In this document: positions 24,125 through 32,000 of the stretch, one piece after another
Numbering within the stretch: the stretch's first letter is position 1
Layout of the letters: every line of letters begins with the position of its first letter
NCBI GenBank assembly: GCA_965267565.1
Contig: OZ254085.1
Location: 368,605 to 400,604, forward strand
Direction: 5' to 3'
From: Balneola sp.
GTDB taxonomy: Bacteria > Bacteroidota > Rhodothermia > Balneolales > Balneolaceae
Length of the DNA stretch: 32,000 nucleotides
Position numbers and translations under genes: made by a program
Notes under the pieces: model-generated
Database searches by the model: none
Told to the model about the DNA's origin: nothing
The model's input: the letters and a program-made list of their open reading frames with translations, nothing else

Positions 24125-25276
24125 ATGTCATCACAATCAAATATTGGAATAATTGGAGCAGGAGTTTCAGGAATAACTACTGCTGTACTTTTACAAAAGG
24201 CAGGATTCGACGTCACCATCTATGCTAAAGAGCTGTACTCGCCTGACTCACAAAACTCTTCATTTGCAAGTTTATATCCCGCTGCTTCCATCATTCCTCA
24301 TTCCGTATATCATGATGAACTAAACGAATTATTTAGAGAGAGTCAGGCATTCTTTTCAAATTTGTTCAAAACCAATTATCCCGGTATTTCTCAACACAGG
24401 CATTTCGAACTTTTTTGTTTTGAGGCAAACAGACCCGATTACTTAAACGAAATGCAAAATTATAAGGAATTTGATCAGATAGACTGGATGCCATCTCACC
24501 CGGTTTTTAACATTAAAGATGGCTGGGAATTTGATTGTTATTTCGCTGACTGGAAGTCATACTTTCCTGAATTAATGAAAGATTTTTTGAGGAATGGAGG
24601 TTCTATAATTAACAAAGAAGTAAACCTTGAAAAACCTGACAAACTAAATCATAAGATTATCATAAACTGTTCTGGTATAAACAGTAATACAATTCAAGAT
24701 GAACCTGATCATCCTCTTGTAATGCTCGGACACCTTATAAAAATTGAACAAAAAATTATACCTACAGACTCAAACGGAAGAATTATTTCATTCAATTTCA
24801 GCCCCGGCAAAGAACATTATTCTAATGCTTCGGGCGAAGCACTCGATGTTTACTTTTATCCCAGAGAAAATGATATCGTATTTGGAGGCAGTCGATTTAA
24901 AGGCACAGTGGATTCGGACAATAATTGGGTTGGCAATAATAATTGTGATGTAAAGTTTCCGGATCAAATCCTGAAAATCAATCAGGAGATTTTAGAGCAT
25001 ACTTTTGGCTTTGAAATTGATGAAAGCTGTAAAATGAACTACCAAAAGGGTTTACGATATTTAAGAAATAAAGAAGATGGCTTAAAGTTAGAGCAAGAAA
25101 GCAATTCCGATCAATACATAATTCATAATTATGGACATGGGGGTGCAGGTGTAACTTTAAGCTGGGGTTGCGCTTTCCGAATTCTGAACATGATTCAAAA
25201 ATATAATTCCAAAAAATCTTACTCACTTCAGGAAAGCATTCAGCTTTTGAGAGATAAAGTGGTCTTAGAGCGATAG
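24125..25276 (+). CDS. FAD-dependent oxidoreductase, D-amino-acid-oxidase-like
   Basis: N-terminal Rossmann motif IGIIGAGVSGITTAVLL...V and the DAAO-type signature HNYGHGGAGVTLSWGCA near the C-terminus. Confidence 0.65.
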   Translation: MSSQSNIGIIGAGVSGITTAVLLQKAGFDVTIYAKELYSPDSQNSSFASLYPAASIIPHSVYHDELNELFRESQAFFSNLFKTNYPGISQHRHFELFCFEANRPDYLNEMQNYKEFDQIDWMPSHPVFNIKDGWEFDCYFADWKSYFPELMKDFLRNGGSIINKEVNLEKPDKLNHKIIINCSGINSNTIQDEPDHPLVMLGHLIKIEQKIIPTDSNGRIISFNFSPGKEHYSNASGEALDVYFYPRENDIVFGGSRFKGTVDSDNNWVGNNNCDVKFPDQILKINQEILEHTFGFEIDESCKMNYQKGLRYLRNKEDGLKLEQESNSDQYIIHNYGHGGAGVTLSWGCAFRILNMIQKYNSKKSYSLQESIQLLRDKVVLER

Positions 25277-25623
25277 TTTTTCCAGTGACCTGAGATTAAC
25301 AAAAGACTTCCAATCAACGTTATTCCTGCCTCTCCGTACTCACCCAGTACTTCATTGAAAAACCAGGCAAGAAATATTATTCCGAGACCAGAAATCAGCA
25401 AAACAGTTACCCAAACGGAATTATGTTTATTTTTTAAGGAGAGGAACACTGCAGGAGCTATCGCTACAAAGAATATGAGGTGTGTATATTCATGGAATTC
25501 TTCAAAAGCAGGCCATAAAGGAAGCAGTGCAACAATCACAGGAACCAATAAACAATGAATAGCGCATATTCCTGAAAGTCCAATCCCTACCCTATCCCAA
25601 AAACCCGGTTTTTTCTGGTCCAC
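25240..25623 (-). CDS. MerC-like small membrane protein
   Basis: GTG start, four hydrophobic segments, and the motif GICAIHCLLVPVIVALLP (CxxHC...P) as in MerC-domain proteins. The 3' end overlaps the convergent oxidase gene by 37 nt. Confidence 0.45.
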   Translation of the reverse strand: MDQKKPGFWDRVGIGLSGICAIHCLLVPVIVALLPLWPAFEEFHEYTHLIFFVAIAPAVFLSLKNKHNSVWVTVLLISGLGIIFLAWFFNEVLGEYGEAGITLIGSLLLISGHWKNYRSKTTLSLKS

Positions 25624-25719
25624 TCAGTCTGTTTTATTTTAATGGAAAATGAGAAGTTAAGATATTAATATCGAGTAAGATTATTAGGACAAATATCAAT
25701 TCTTATCATATTTAGTGTG

Positions 25720-26760
25720 ATGAAAGTTTACCGTTATTTCCTTTCTTACTCAGTACCTGCGTCTGCTTTTATTGGGCTATATTTTGGCGGTTGGATTTCT
25801 TTTCTGACCCCGCTATATGTTTTTATTTTTATTCCCTTTTTGGAGTATCTAATTGGTGAGAATAAATATAATCTTAGTCCGAAAGAGGAAGCTTCCGTAA
25901 AAGCTTCTGTATCGTATTCTATTCTTCTATGGTCGTACGTGCCTATTCAATACTTCCTCACTATTTATCTAATGTTCTCGTTTTCAAATGGATTATTAAA
26001 TGGTTTTGAGCTTGCTGGAGCCATTTTATCTGTTGGGATAAGTAATGGTGGCACCGGCATTACAGTAGCTCATGAACTCATTCACAGAAATAAAAAGTTT
26101 GAGCAATTATTGGGCAGATTATTACTCCTTACCACATTGTACATGCATTTCGCTATCGAACATGTGTATGGACATCACAAACATGTGGCAACACCTGATG
26201 ATCCTGCTACTGCAAAAAAAGGAGAGTTATTTTATACTTATTGGCTGAGAACCGTTCCGGAGCAATTTCTATCGGCCTGGGAAATTGAAAAACAAAGAAC
26301 CAAAAAATATAACCGGACTTTCTTTTCCTGGAAAAATGAAATGCTCCTTTTTGTACTAATTCAATTTCTGACTCTTGCTTTGATTGTATATGTATTTTCT
26401 GTTTATACTGCGATGGTTTTTCTCGGAACTGCAGTCATTGCATTCACGTTACTTGAAGCTGTTAATTATTTGGAGCACTACGGATTAGAAAGAAGATCCA
26501 ATCAAAATGGTAAGTATGAAAAAGTAACTCACCACCATTCTTGGAACAGTGACTTCTGGCTGAGTAGAATGTTGCTGTTTGAATTATCAAGACATTCAGA
26601 TCATCATGCTACTGCAAGCAGAAAATATCAAACTTTGCGATCGTTTGAAGACAGCCCTCAGTTGCCTACAGGTTATCCCGGAATGATACTTTTAGCCCTC
26701 TTTCCTCCTCTTTGGTTCAGGGTAATGAATCCACTTGTTGAAAAAGCATCTAAATCCTGA
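25720..26760 (+). CDS. alkB: alkane 1-monooxygenase (membrane di-iron hydroxylase/desaturase family)
   Basis: All four AlkB histidine boxes are present: HELIHR, EHVYGHHKHV, NYLEHYGL, LSRHSDHHA. The start is set at the ATG 3 nt after GTG 25717. Confidence 0.85.
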   Translation: MKVYRYFLSYSVPASAFIGLYFGGWISFLTPLYVFIFIPFLEYLIGENKYNLSPKEEASVKASVSYSILLWSYVPIQYFLTIYLMFSFSNGLLNGFELAGAILSVGISNGGTGITVAHELIHRNKKFEQLLGRLLLLTTLYMHFAIEHVYGHHKHVATPDDPATAKKGELFYTYWLRTVPEQFLSAWEIEKQRTKKYNRTFFSWKNEMLLFVLIQFLTLALIVYVFSVYTAMVFLGTAVIAFTLLEAVNYLEHYGLERRSNQNGKYEKVTHHHSWNSDFWLSRMLLFELSRHSDHHATASRKYQTLRSFEDSPQLPTGYPGMILLALFPPLWFRVMNPLVEKASKS

Positions 26761-26762
26761 AC

Positions 26763-28061
26763 TTATTCCACTTCTTTTAAGGTATAAGTAAGACCAATGC
26801 TACAAATCAGCATTCCAATTAAGAACCAGAATAATACATTTATGGAAAAAATTTCAGCAATGAAGCCAATTCCTGCAGCTATTATTGTGAATAATCCGAT
26901 GAAAGTATTTGATAACGAAATATAAAGCGGACGTTCTTTTTCAGGAGCAAAGTCAGTCAGGTAAGTTTTTCTGCTCAACCTCGCACCTCCGTGAATCATC
27001 ATATTCAAAAGAATGATTATTGAAAATGAATAGACATTTAAGTATTCATCAGGCAAAACTTCAAAGTATATGGTTAGCAATATATTAGCGATTCCGAGTC
27101 CTGCTACTACCATCATCAGTTTTCTGCTTGATTGATCCGCAAATTTGCCCCAAAATGGACTACTGATAAAACCTGCTATTCCACTGACTATCACAAACAG
27201 CCCCAGACCTTTAAATTCAGCTCCGGTTATATCTTTACCATAAATAATCATAAAAGGTTGAGCTAACGGAATTGCCATTAACATAGCTCTGGAAAGAATA
27301 AAGTTTCTCAGATTGGTATTGGATTTAAAAAGCTTCCAACCCTCTTTGACTTCTTTTACAGGACTTCTCCCCCCTTCGGTTGCACCGGGCTCTTCGTTAA
27401 TAGAAATAAAAAATAAACCGGCACCAACCCAAAGCATAGCCGAAAAGGAAATCAATAAAATTACGGGAAAATCACTACCGGAATCCTGGAGAAAAAAGTA
27501 CATTATACAACCAGCTGTGAGCGTAAGTAAACCTCCGCCTGTAGCTCTGGTTGCCAACAATCGACCTCTTCTCCCTTTCGGTATCGTTTTTGCCATGACA
27601 TCTTTAAAACTTACAGATCCAACACCACTCGCTATGCTGAAAAGAAATAAGGCCGATACTATCAAGATGGCTGCGTCATTACCTTCAAACAATAAAAAAG
27701 AGAGTAACATTATCGCAATCATACAGGCTTGGAAAATTGCTGCATATCCCCAAAAATATTTTCGCTTAGAGTATGCCCTGATTCTTGCAGAGACAAGAAG
27801 TTGAGGTATTAAAGAACCTGCATTTTTCAAAGGAACCAACAAACCTGTAAAACCTGAAGAAGCTCCTATAATATTCAAAATCCACGGTAACGTTACTCCG
27901 GGACTAACTAATTGTTCTGCGAGCTTAGAACAAAAGCCGCTCAGTGAGTTTTTAAAAAAATTTCCCGGAACACTGGTGCATTGATCTTCAGGAATTGCAG
28001 AACAAGCCCGTTCCTCTCCTTCATCTGTTATCCATCGATAAACTTTTTCATCAAATTTCAT
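26763..28061 (-). CDS. MFS-type transporter
   Basis: 432 aa with about 12 hydrophobic segments and a basic loop (GRRGRLLATRATGGG) after an early TM pair, typical of MFS transporters. Confidence 0.6.
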   Translation of the reverse strand: MKFDEKVYRWITDEGEERACSAIPEDQCTSVPGNFFKNSLSGFCSKLAEQLVSPGVTLPWILNIIGASSGFTGLLVPLKNAGSLIPQLLVSARIRAYSKRKYFWGYAAIFQACMIAIMLLSFLLFEGNDAAILIVSALFLFSIASGVGSVSFKDVMAKTIPKGRRGRLLATRATGGGLLTLTAGCIMYFFLQDSGSDFPVILLISFSAMLWVGAGLFFISINEEPGATEGGRSPVKEVKEGWKLFKSNTNLRNFILSRAMLMAIPLAQPFMIIYGKDITGAEFKGLGLFVIVSGIAGFISSPFWGKFADQSSRKLMMVVAGLGIANILLTIYFEVLPDEYLNVYSFSIIILLNMMIHGGARLSRKTYLTDFAPEKERPLYISLSNTFIGLFTIIAAGIGFIAEIFSINVLFWFLIGMLICSIGLTYTLKEVE

Positions 28062-28148
28062 GCTGATTAAACTTTGTAAGTCTTTTAATCATTCAATTCA
28101 TTTACAAAAACTTAACTACAAGGTGAAGTCACTTTCATATATTCATTT

Positions 28149-29021
28149 ATGGCAAAGAAAATTTTCTATTTCTTCAAATGGCTGCTTGTTTCTCTTTTTG
28201 GCCTTTTTATCATTCTGGTCATCTTCATTCACACTATCGACTTTTCGTTGAGTGATGAAGAGATAGATAGAGCTTTCCAAGGCTTGAGTTATAATCCTAC
28301 ATTTTCAATAGTTGAATCTGATATAGGAGAAATTCACTATGTTGCTATTGGAGATACTTCAAAACCCAAAGTAATTTTTGTACATGGTTCTCCGGGTTCG
28401 TGGGATAATTTCGCAAGATTTTTAAGCAATTCTGAACTTTTGGAATCTTTTAGATTGATTAGTTTTGATCGTCCCGGTTATGGAAAATCTAACCCCGGAC
28501 AACCTGTTCGTTCTCTAACCGATCAGGCTGGTGTAATTGAGGCTATTTTAGAAAATGAAAACAAATCTACTTCAAATATCCTTGTCGGGCATTCCTACGG
28601 AGGTCCGGTCATAGCTAAGTTTGCTATGGATTATCCCAAGCATACTCAGGGAGTAATTTTCGTAGCTGCATCTGTCGATCCAAAGCTTGAAGAAACTAAA
28701 TGGTTTCAGGTACCTGTACACTACAAAGTATTTTCATGGATTCTACCTGATATGCTTTACTCTTCTAACGAAGAAATAATTGCTTTAAAAAATGAACTTA
28801 AATTGATGGAGAATGACTGGGACAAGATTCAGATTCCTGTTTCCATTATTCAGGGGACTGAAGACAGACTGGTTCCATACGAAAATGCTGAATATTTGAA
28901 GACCAAACTTTCCAATGCCGTAGTTCAAATAATCGTCAAAGACATCAATCATTTTATTCCTTGGGAACATCCTGATTTAATTGAAAAAGAGATTTTTAGG
29001 ATAAAAGAGTCCCCGAATTAG
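28149..29021 (+). CDS. alpha/beta-fold hydrolase with N-terminal membrane anchor
   Basis: Oxyanion region VIFVHGSPGS, nucleophile elbow VGHSYGG, and late D/H residues (GTEDRLV ... NHFIPWEHP). Confidence 0.75.
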   Translation: MAKKIFYFFKWLLVSLFGLFIILVIFIHTIDFSLSDEEIDRAFQGLSYNPTFSIVESDIGEIHYVAIGDTSKPKVIFVHGSPGSWDNFARFLSNSELLESFRLISFDRPGYGKSNPGQPVRSLTDQAGVIEAILENENKSTSNILVGHSYGGPVIAKFAMDYPKHTQGVIFVAASVDPKLEETKWFQVPVHYKVFSWILPDMLYSSNEEIIALKNELKLMENDWDKIQIPVSIIQGTEDRLVPYENAEYLKTKLSNAVVQIIVKDINHFIPWEHPDLIEKEIFRIKESPN

Positions 29022-29072
29022 TGCCTTCACATTTCGTTTACAACCCAGAAAGGCTTTCATAATGTGCATAAT

Positions 29073-29102
29073 GTGCTTTTAAAGGGCACTTATCTTATTT
29101 TT
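29073..29102 (+). terminator. candidate terminator after the hydrolase gene
   Basis: GTGCTTT-TAA-AGGGCAC forms a 7-bp stem (two G-U pairs) followed by a T-rich tract TTATCTTATTTTT. Confidence 0.35.
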
Positions 29103-29137
29103 CGATTTAATTATGGAATAATCAATTAACTATATAG

Positions 29138-31063
29138 ATGCCAAATTCCTATTCCCGTCCGGAGTTCAAAAAATTTGAAAAAGTACCTACTAACATTTTT
29201 CACAATGCTAAAGAAGCCTCACTTCATGTAGCAAGTGAAATTGCCTCTCTGATCAAAGAAAAAAACGAAAAAGGAGAACATACTGTATTAGGCTTAGCAA
29301 CAGGATCTACTCCCACGCAAGTATATGATGAACTTGTAAGACTTCACAAGGAAGAAGACCTGAATTTTGAAAATGTAATCACATTTAACTTAGATGAATA
29401 TTTTCCTATGGATCCTGAATCCATCCATAGTTACGTGTATTTCATGAACGAATATCTTTTTGATCATGTGAATATCAAACCTGAAAATATTCACATTCCT
29501 GACGGCACATTAGAAAGAGATGATGTATATGAGTTTTGTCGGAATTATGAAGAAAAAATAAAGAGTGTTGGTGGATTAGATATTCAAATTCTTGGAATCG
29601 GTAGAACGGGGCATGTTGGATTTAATGAGCCCGGATCCTCTATCAATTCAGCAACCCGACTTATTGCCTTAGATAGTTTAACCATATTAGATGCTGCCAG
29701 TGGGTTTTTCGGAGTTGAGAATGTTCCCCGAAGAGCAATAACGATGGGTGTGGGTACTATACTTTCTGCAAAGAAAATCTTTCTTATGGCATGGGGAGAA
29801 GGAAAATCGGAGGTCATTCAAAAAACGGTAGAAGGCGAACAAACTTCTTCCGTACCGGCAACATTTCTTCAGCAGCATGATGATACTGAAATTATATTAG
29901 ATGAAGCTTCATCAGCTGATTTAACAAGAGTTAAAACACCATGGCTTGTTGGTCCAATCGAGTGGACTGATGACATCTTAAGGAAAGCGGTTGTCTGGCT
30001 TAGTCTTCATCTCCAAAAGCCAATTCTCAAGTTAACCGATGAGGACTACAGTGAGTACGGAATGAATGATGTGTTGACCTCCATCGGCAGAGCGTATAAT
30101 GTAAACATCAGAATTTTCAATGAAATTCAGCATACCATAACAGGTTGGCCCGGAGGTAAACCTAATGCAGATGATACAAACCGACCGGAAAGAAAAGAGC
30201 CTTTCCCAAAAAGGGTATTGATTTTCAGCCCCCACCCCGATGATGACATAATATCTATGGGTGGTACCTTTATCAGATTGGCTGATCAGGGTCATGAAGT
30301 TCATGTAGCTTATCAGACTTCCGGAAATATTGCAGTATTTGACGATGAGGCCGTTAGGTTTGCAGATTTCGTAATGGATTATCATAAAACTTTTGGCACT
30401 GCCTCAAGTGATATTGAAAATCTTTATTCTGATGTAAGAAATTCTCTGAAAAATAAAGAAGCCGGCGATGTTGATTCGGAGCAGGTTAAAACTATTAAAG
30501 GACTAATTCGTCGTGGAGAAGCTAAAGCTACAGCACGTTATGTAGGTTTACCGGATGAAAACATTCACTTCCTTGATCTACCCTTTTACGAGACCGGAAA
30601 AGTCCGTAAAAAACCCATCGGACCTGAGGATATAAAAATCACCAAGGATTTGATTTCAGAAATTAAACCGCACCAAATTTATGCAGCGGGAGATTTGTCT
30701 GACCCTCATGGCACACACAGAGTTTGTTTAGATGCTATATTAACAGCTTTGAGAGAACTTAAAAATGAGAAATGGATGAAAGATTGCTGGACATGGTTAT
30801 ATCGTGGAGCATGGCAGGAATGGGGTATCGAAGAAATCGAGATGGCAGTTCCTTTAAGCCCTGAAGAAACCGACCGAAAAAGAACCGGGATTTTTAAACA
30901 TCAATCTCAGAAAGACCGACCTCTGTTTCCCGGAACAGATAAAAGAGAATTTTGGCAAAGGGCTGATGACAGAACAAAAAATACAGCTGCATTATATGAT
31001 CAGCTTGGGTTGGCGGAATATGAAGCTATGGAGGCTTTTGTTCGCTGGAAAGAGCTTGACTAA
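29138..31063 (+). CDS. nagB: glucosamine-6-phosphate deaminase fused to a LmbE/PIG-L-type deacetylase-like domain (long Bacteroidota-type NagB)
   Basis: The N-terminal half carries LGLATGSTPTQVYDEL, FNLDEY and GIGRTGHVGFNEPGS. The C-terminal half carries VLIFSPHPDDDIISMGGT ... DPHGTHR, which is PIG-L-like. Confidence 0.85.
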   Translation: MPNSYSRPEFKKFEKVPTNIFHNAKEASLHVASEIASLIKEKNEKGEHTVLGLATGSTPTQVYDELVRLHKEEDLNFENVITFNLDEYFPMDPESIHSYVYFMNEYLFDHVNIKPENIHIPDGTLERDDVYEFCRNYEEKIKSVGGLDIQILGIGRTGHVGFNEPGSSINSATRLIALDSLTILDAASGFFGVENVPRRAITMGVGTILSAKKIFLMAWGEGKSEVIQKTVEGEQTSSVPATFLQQHDDTEIILDEASSADLTRVKTPWLVGPIEWTDDILRKAVVWLSLHLQKPILKLTDEDYSEYGMNDVLTSIGRAYNVNIRIFNEIQHTITGWPGGKPNADDTNRPERKEPFPKRVLIFSPHPDDDIISMGGTFIRLADQGHEVHVAYQTSGNIAVFDDEAVRFADFVMDYHKTFGTASSDIENLYSDVRNSLKNKEAGDVDSEQVKTIKGLIRRGEAKATARYVGLPDENIHFLDLPFYETGKVRKKPIGPEDIKITKDLISEIKPHQIYAAGDLSDPHGTHRVCLDAILTALRELKNEKWMKDCWTWLYRGAWQEWGIEEIEMAVPLSPEETDRKRTGIFKHQSQKDRPLFPGTDKREFWQRADDRTKNTAALYDQLGLAEYEAMEAFVRWKELD

Positions 31064-31067
31064 CTAA

Positions 31068-32000
31068 TTATTTTCTGGAAAACATTTTTGGCTTAAGAAG
31101 TACTGTAGTAGGCTCTGCATCGGCCTCAGAATTACACATTTCTTTAAACTTGCTTAAGTAGGCTTCTTTAAGATCTTTTTTATTGATGCCTATAGTGCCA
31201 AAATTATACTTTCTTTTTTTGTTGCCTCTAAGCTGTCCAAACCCAAGGATAGTTAAATGTTCAATTTTGCTTGAATCTTTTTCGAGTACAGCCTGATAAA
31301 AGCCACGAGCTACTTCATCATTCGATGCGAATACAGAATCAATCTCTGAACTTTTTAAATCTATAATTGAACCCAACTTATAACCATCTTCAAAAGTTGA
31401 GCCTTTACTCTTAAATGAATTTCTGACAACGAAGCATCGACTTCTTGAGTAATTATCTTCAAGAGTTTTCATAAACCCTTTCATCTTCAAATCATCCGAT
31501 TTGTATCCGTTTTCATCCAAAACAATGCAGATTTTTCTTTTAGAATGCTCAAGAAGATGTTTTGCAGCTAATTTTCCTGTTGCGTAATTATCTACCGTAA
31601 TCACCGGAATTGAAGAATCGTATATATCATGACAAAAGATAGTCGGAACTCGTTTGGATAATTTTTGATACAGCTTTACTCCATATACCGATTTTCTTGC
31701 TGTTCCGAGAATCAACAAGTCATAGTTATTTTCCTTGGATATTAATTCAAGAGCGGACTCCTGTGAGTGTACATCATCATGAATATCAATTACAACCTCT
31801 TTCCCAACTGATTCAGCTACAGAACGAACTACAGATAAGGTTTGGAAAAAATCAGCATCGTTTGAGTTGATAATGGAGAACAGGATTTTGTTAGAGGGAT
31901 TCTTTCTTTTTTGTTCTTCTTTAAGTTTCTCTTTATTAATAAAAGTCCCCTTACCCACTCGACTCACAAGAAATCCCTGATCATTTAATTCTTGCATCGC
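31068..32000 (-). CDS. transcriptional regulator, 5'-truncated by the window end: GntR-type HTH tail plus LacI/PBP-type sugar-binding domain
   Basis: The frame stays open to nt 32000. The first visible residues ..LNDQGFLVSRVGKGTFI are the end of a winged HTH, and the remainder has a periplasmic-binding-protein-like fold pattern. The Met at 31997 is probably internal. Confidence 0.6.
   Translation of the reverse strand, partial: AMQELNDQGFLVSRVGKGTFINKEKLKEEQKRKNPSNKILFSIINSNDADFFQTLSVVRSVAESVGKEVVIDIHDDVHSQESALELISKENNYDLLILGTARKSVYGVKLYQKLSKRVPTIFCHDIYDSSIPVITVDNYATGKLAAKHLLEHSKRKICIVLDENGYKSDDLKMKGFMKTLEDNYSRSRCFVVRNSFKSKGSTFEDGYKLGSIIDLKSSEIDSVFASNDEVARGFYQAVLEKDSSKIEHLTILGFGQLRGNKKRKYNFGTIGINKKDLKEAYLSKFKEMCNSEADAEPTTVLLKPKMFSRK

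Noticed and set aside
27313-27804. 163-aa plus-strand ORF inside the MFS transporter gene
   Set aside because: It is antisense to a long, hydrophobic-periodic CDS that is far better supported, so it is a typical shadow ORF.
30032-30385. 117-aa minus-strand ORF inside nagB. The same applies to the other short antisense ORFs at 2438-2671, 3811-4044, 7201-7392, 8097-8734, 10294-10506, 12286-12498, 15437-16284, 16844-17086 and 18670-19060.
   Set aside because: All are nested in or antisense to longer ORFs with recognisable family motifs. None has a signal or motif of its own.

Overview
AT-rich chromosomal window, probably from an FCB-group bacterium (Bacteroidota/Balneolota/Ignavibacteriota-like). 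The lineage guess rests on a T9SS C-terminal sorting domain, a long NagB-LmbE fusion, and TAnnTTTG-like promoter boxes.

Right ~19 kb: ordinary housekeeping and accessory metabolism. It holds a pdhA-pdhB-E2 pyruvate dehydrogenase operon, alaS, a DUF502 protein, a plant-type ferredoxin-NADP reductase, a small OM beta-barrel, an orphan receiver domain, a DAAO-like oxidase, a MerC-like protein, AlkB, an MFS transporter, an alpha/beta hydrolase, NagB-LmbE and a sugar-sensing regulator. No integrase, transposase, tRNA, rRNA or CRISPR array was seen.

Left ~12.7 kb: the stand-out region, a co-directional ten-gene locus at 1310-12663.
- Fibre module: four paralogous signal-peptide subunits ending in Y-x-stop, a PapD-like chaperone candidate, and a 994-aa outer-membrane protein in the usher position.
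- Motor module: a membrane protein that reads as a mini FliF-like periplasmic/TM part fused to FliG N/M/C-like cytoplasmic domains, a TPR protein, a PomA/MotA-type stator A subunit, and a MotB-type B subunit extended by an acidic linker and three SPOR-like repeats.
- No other flagellar genes are present in the window.

I regard this fibre-plus-motor combination as a candidate undescribed envelope machine. All family assignments are motif recognition by eye and need HMM or structure confirmation.

Intergenic curiosities: two hairpin-repeat elements between alaS and the DUF502 gene (one pair shows compensatory stem changes), and a perfect 5x heptamer microsatellite between two convergent genes.
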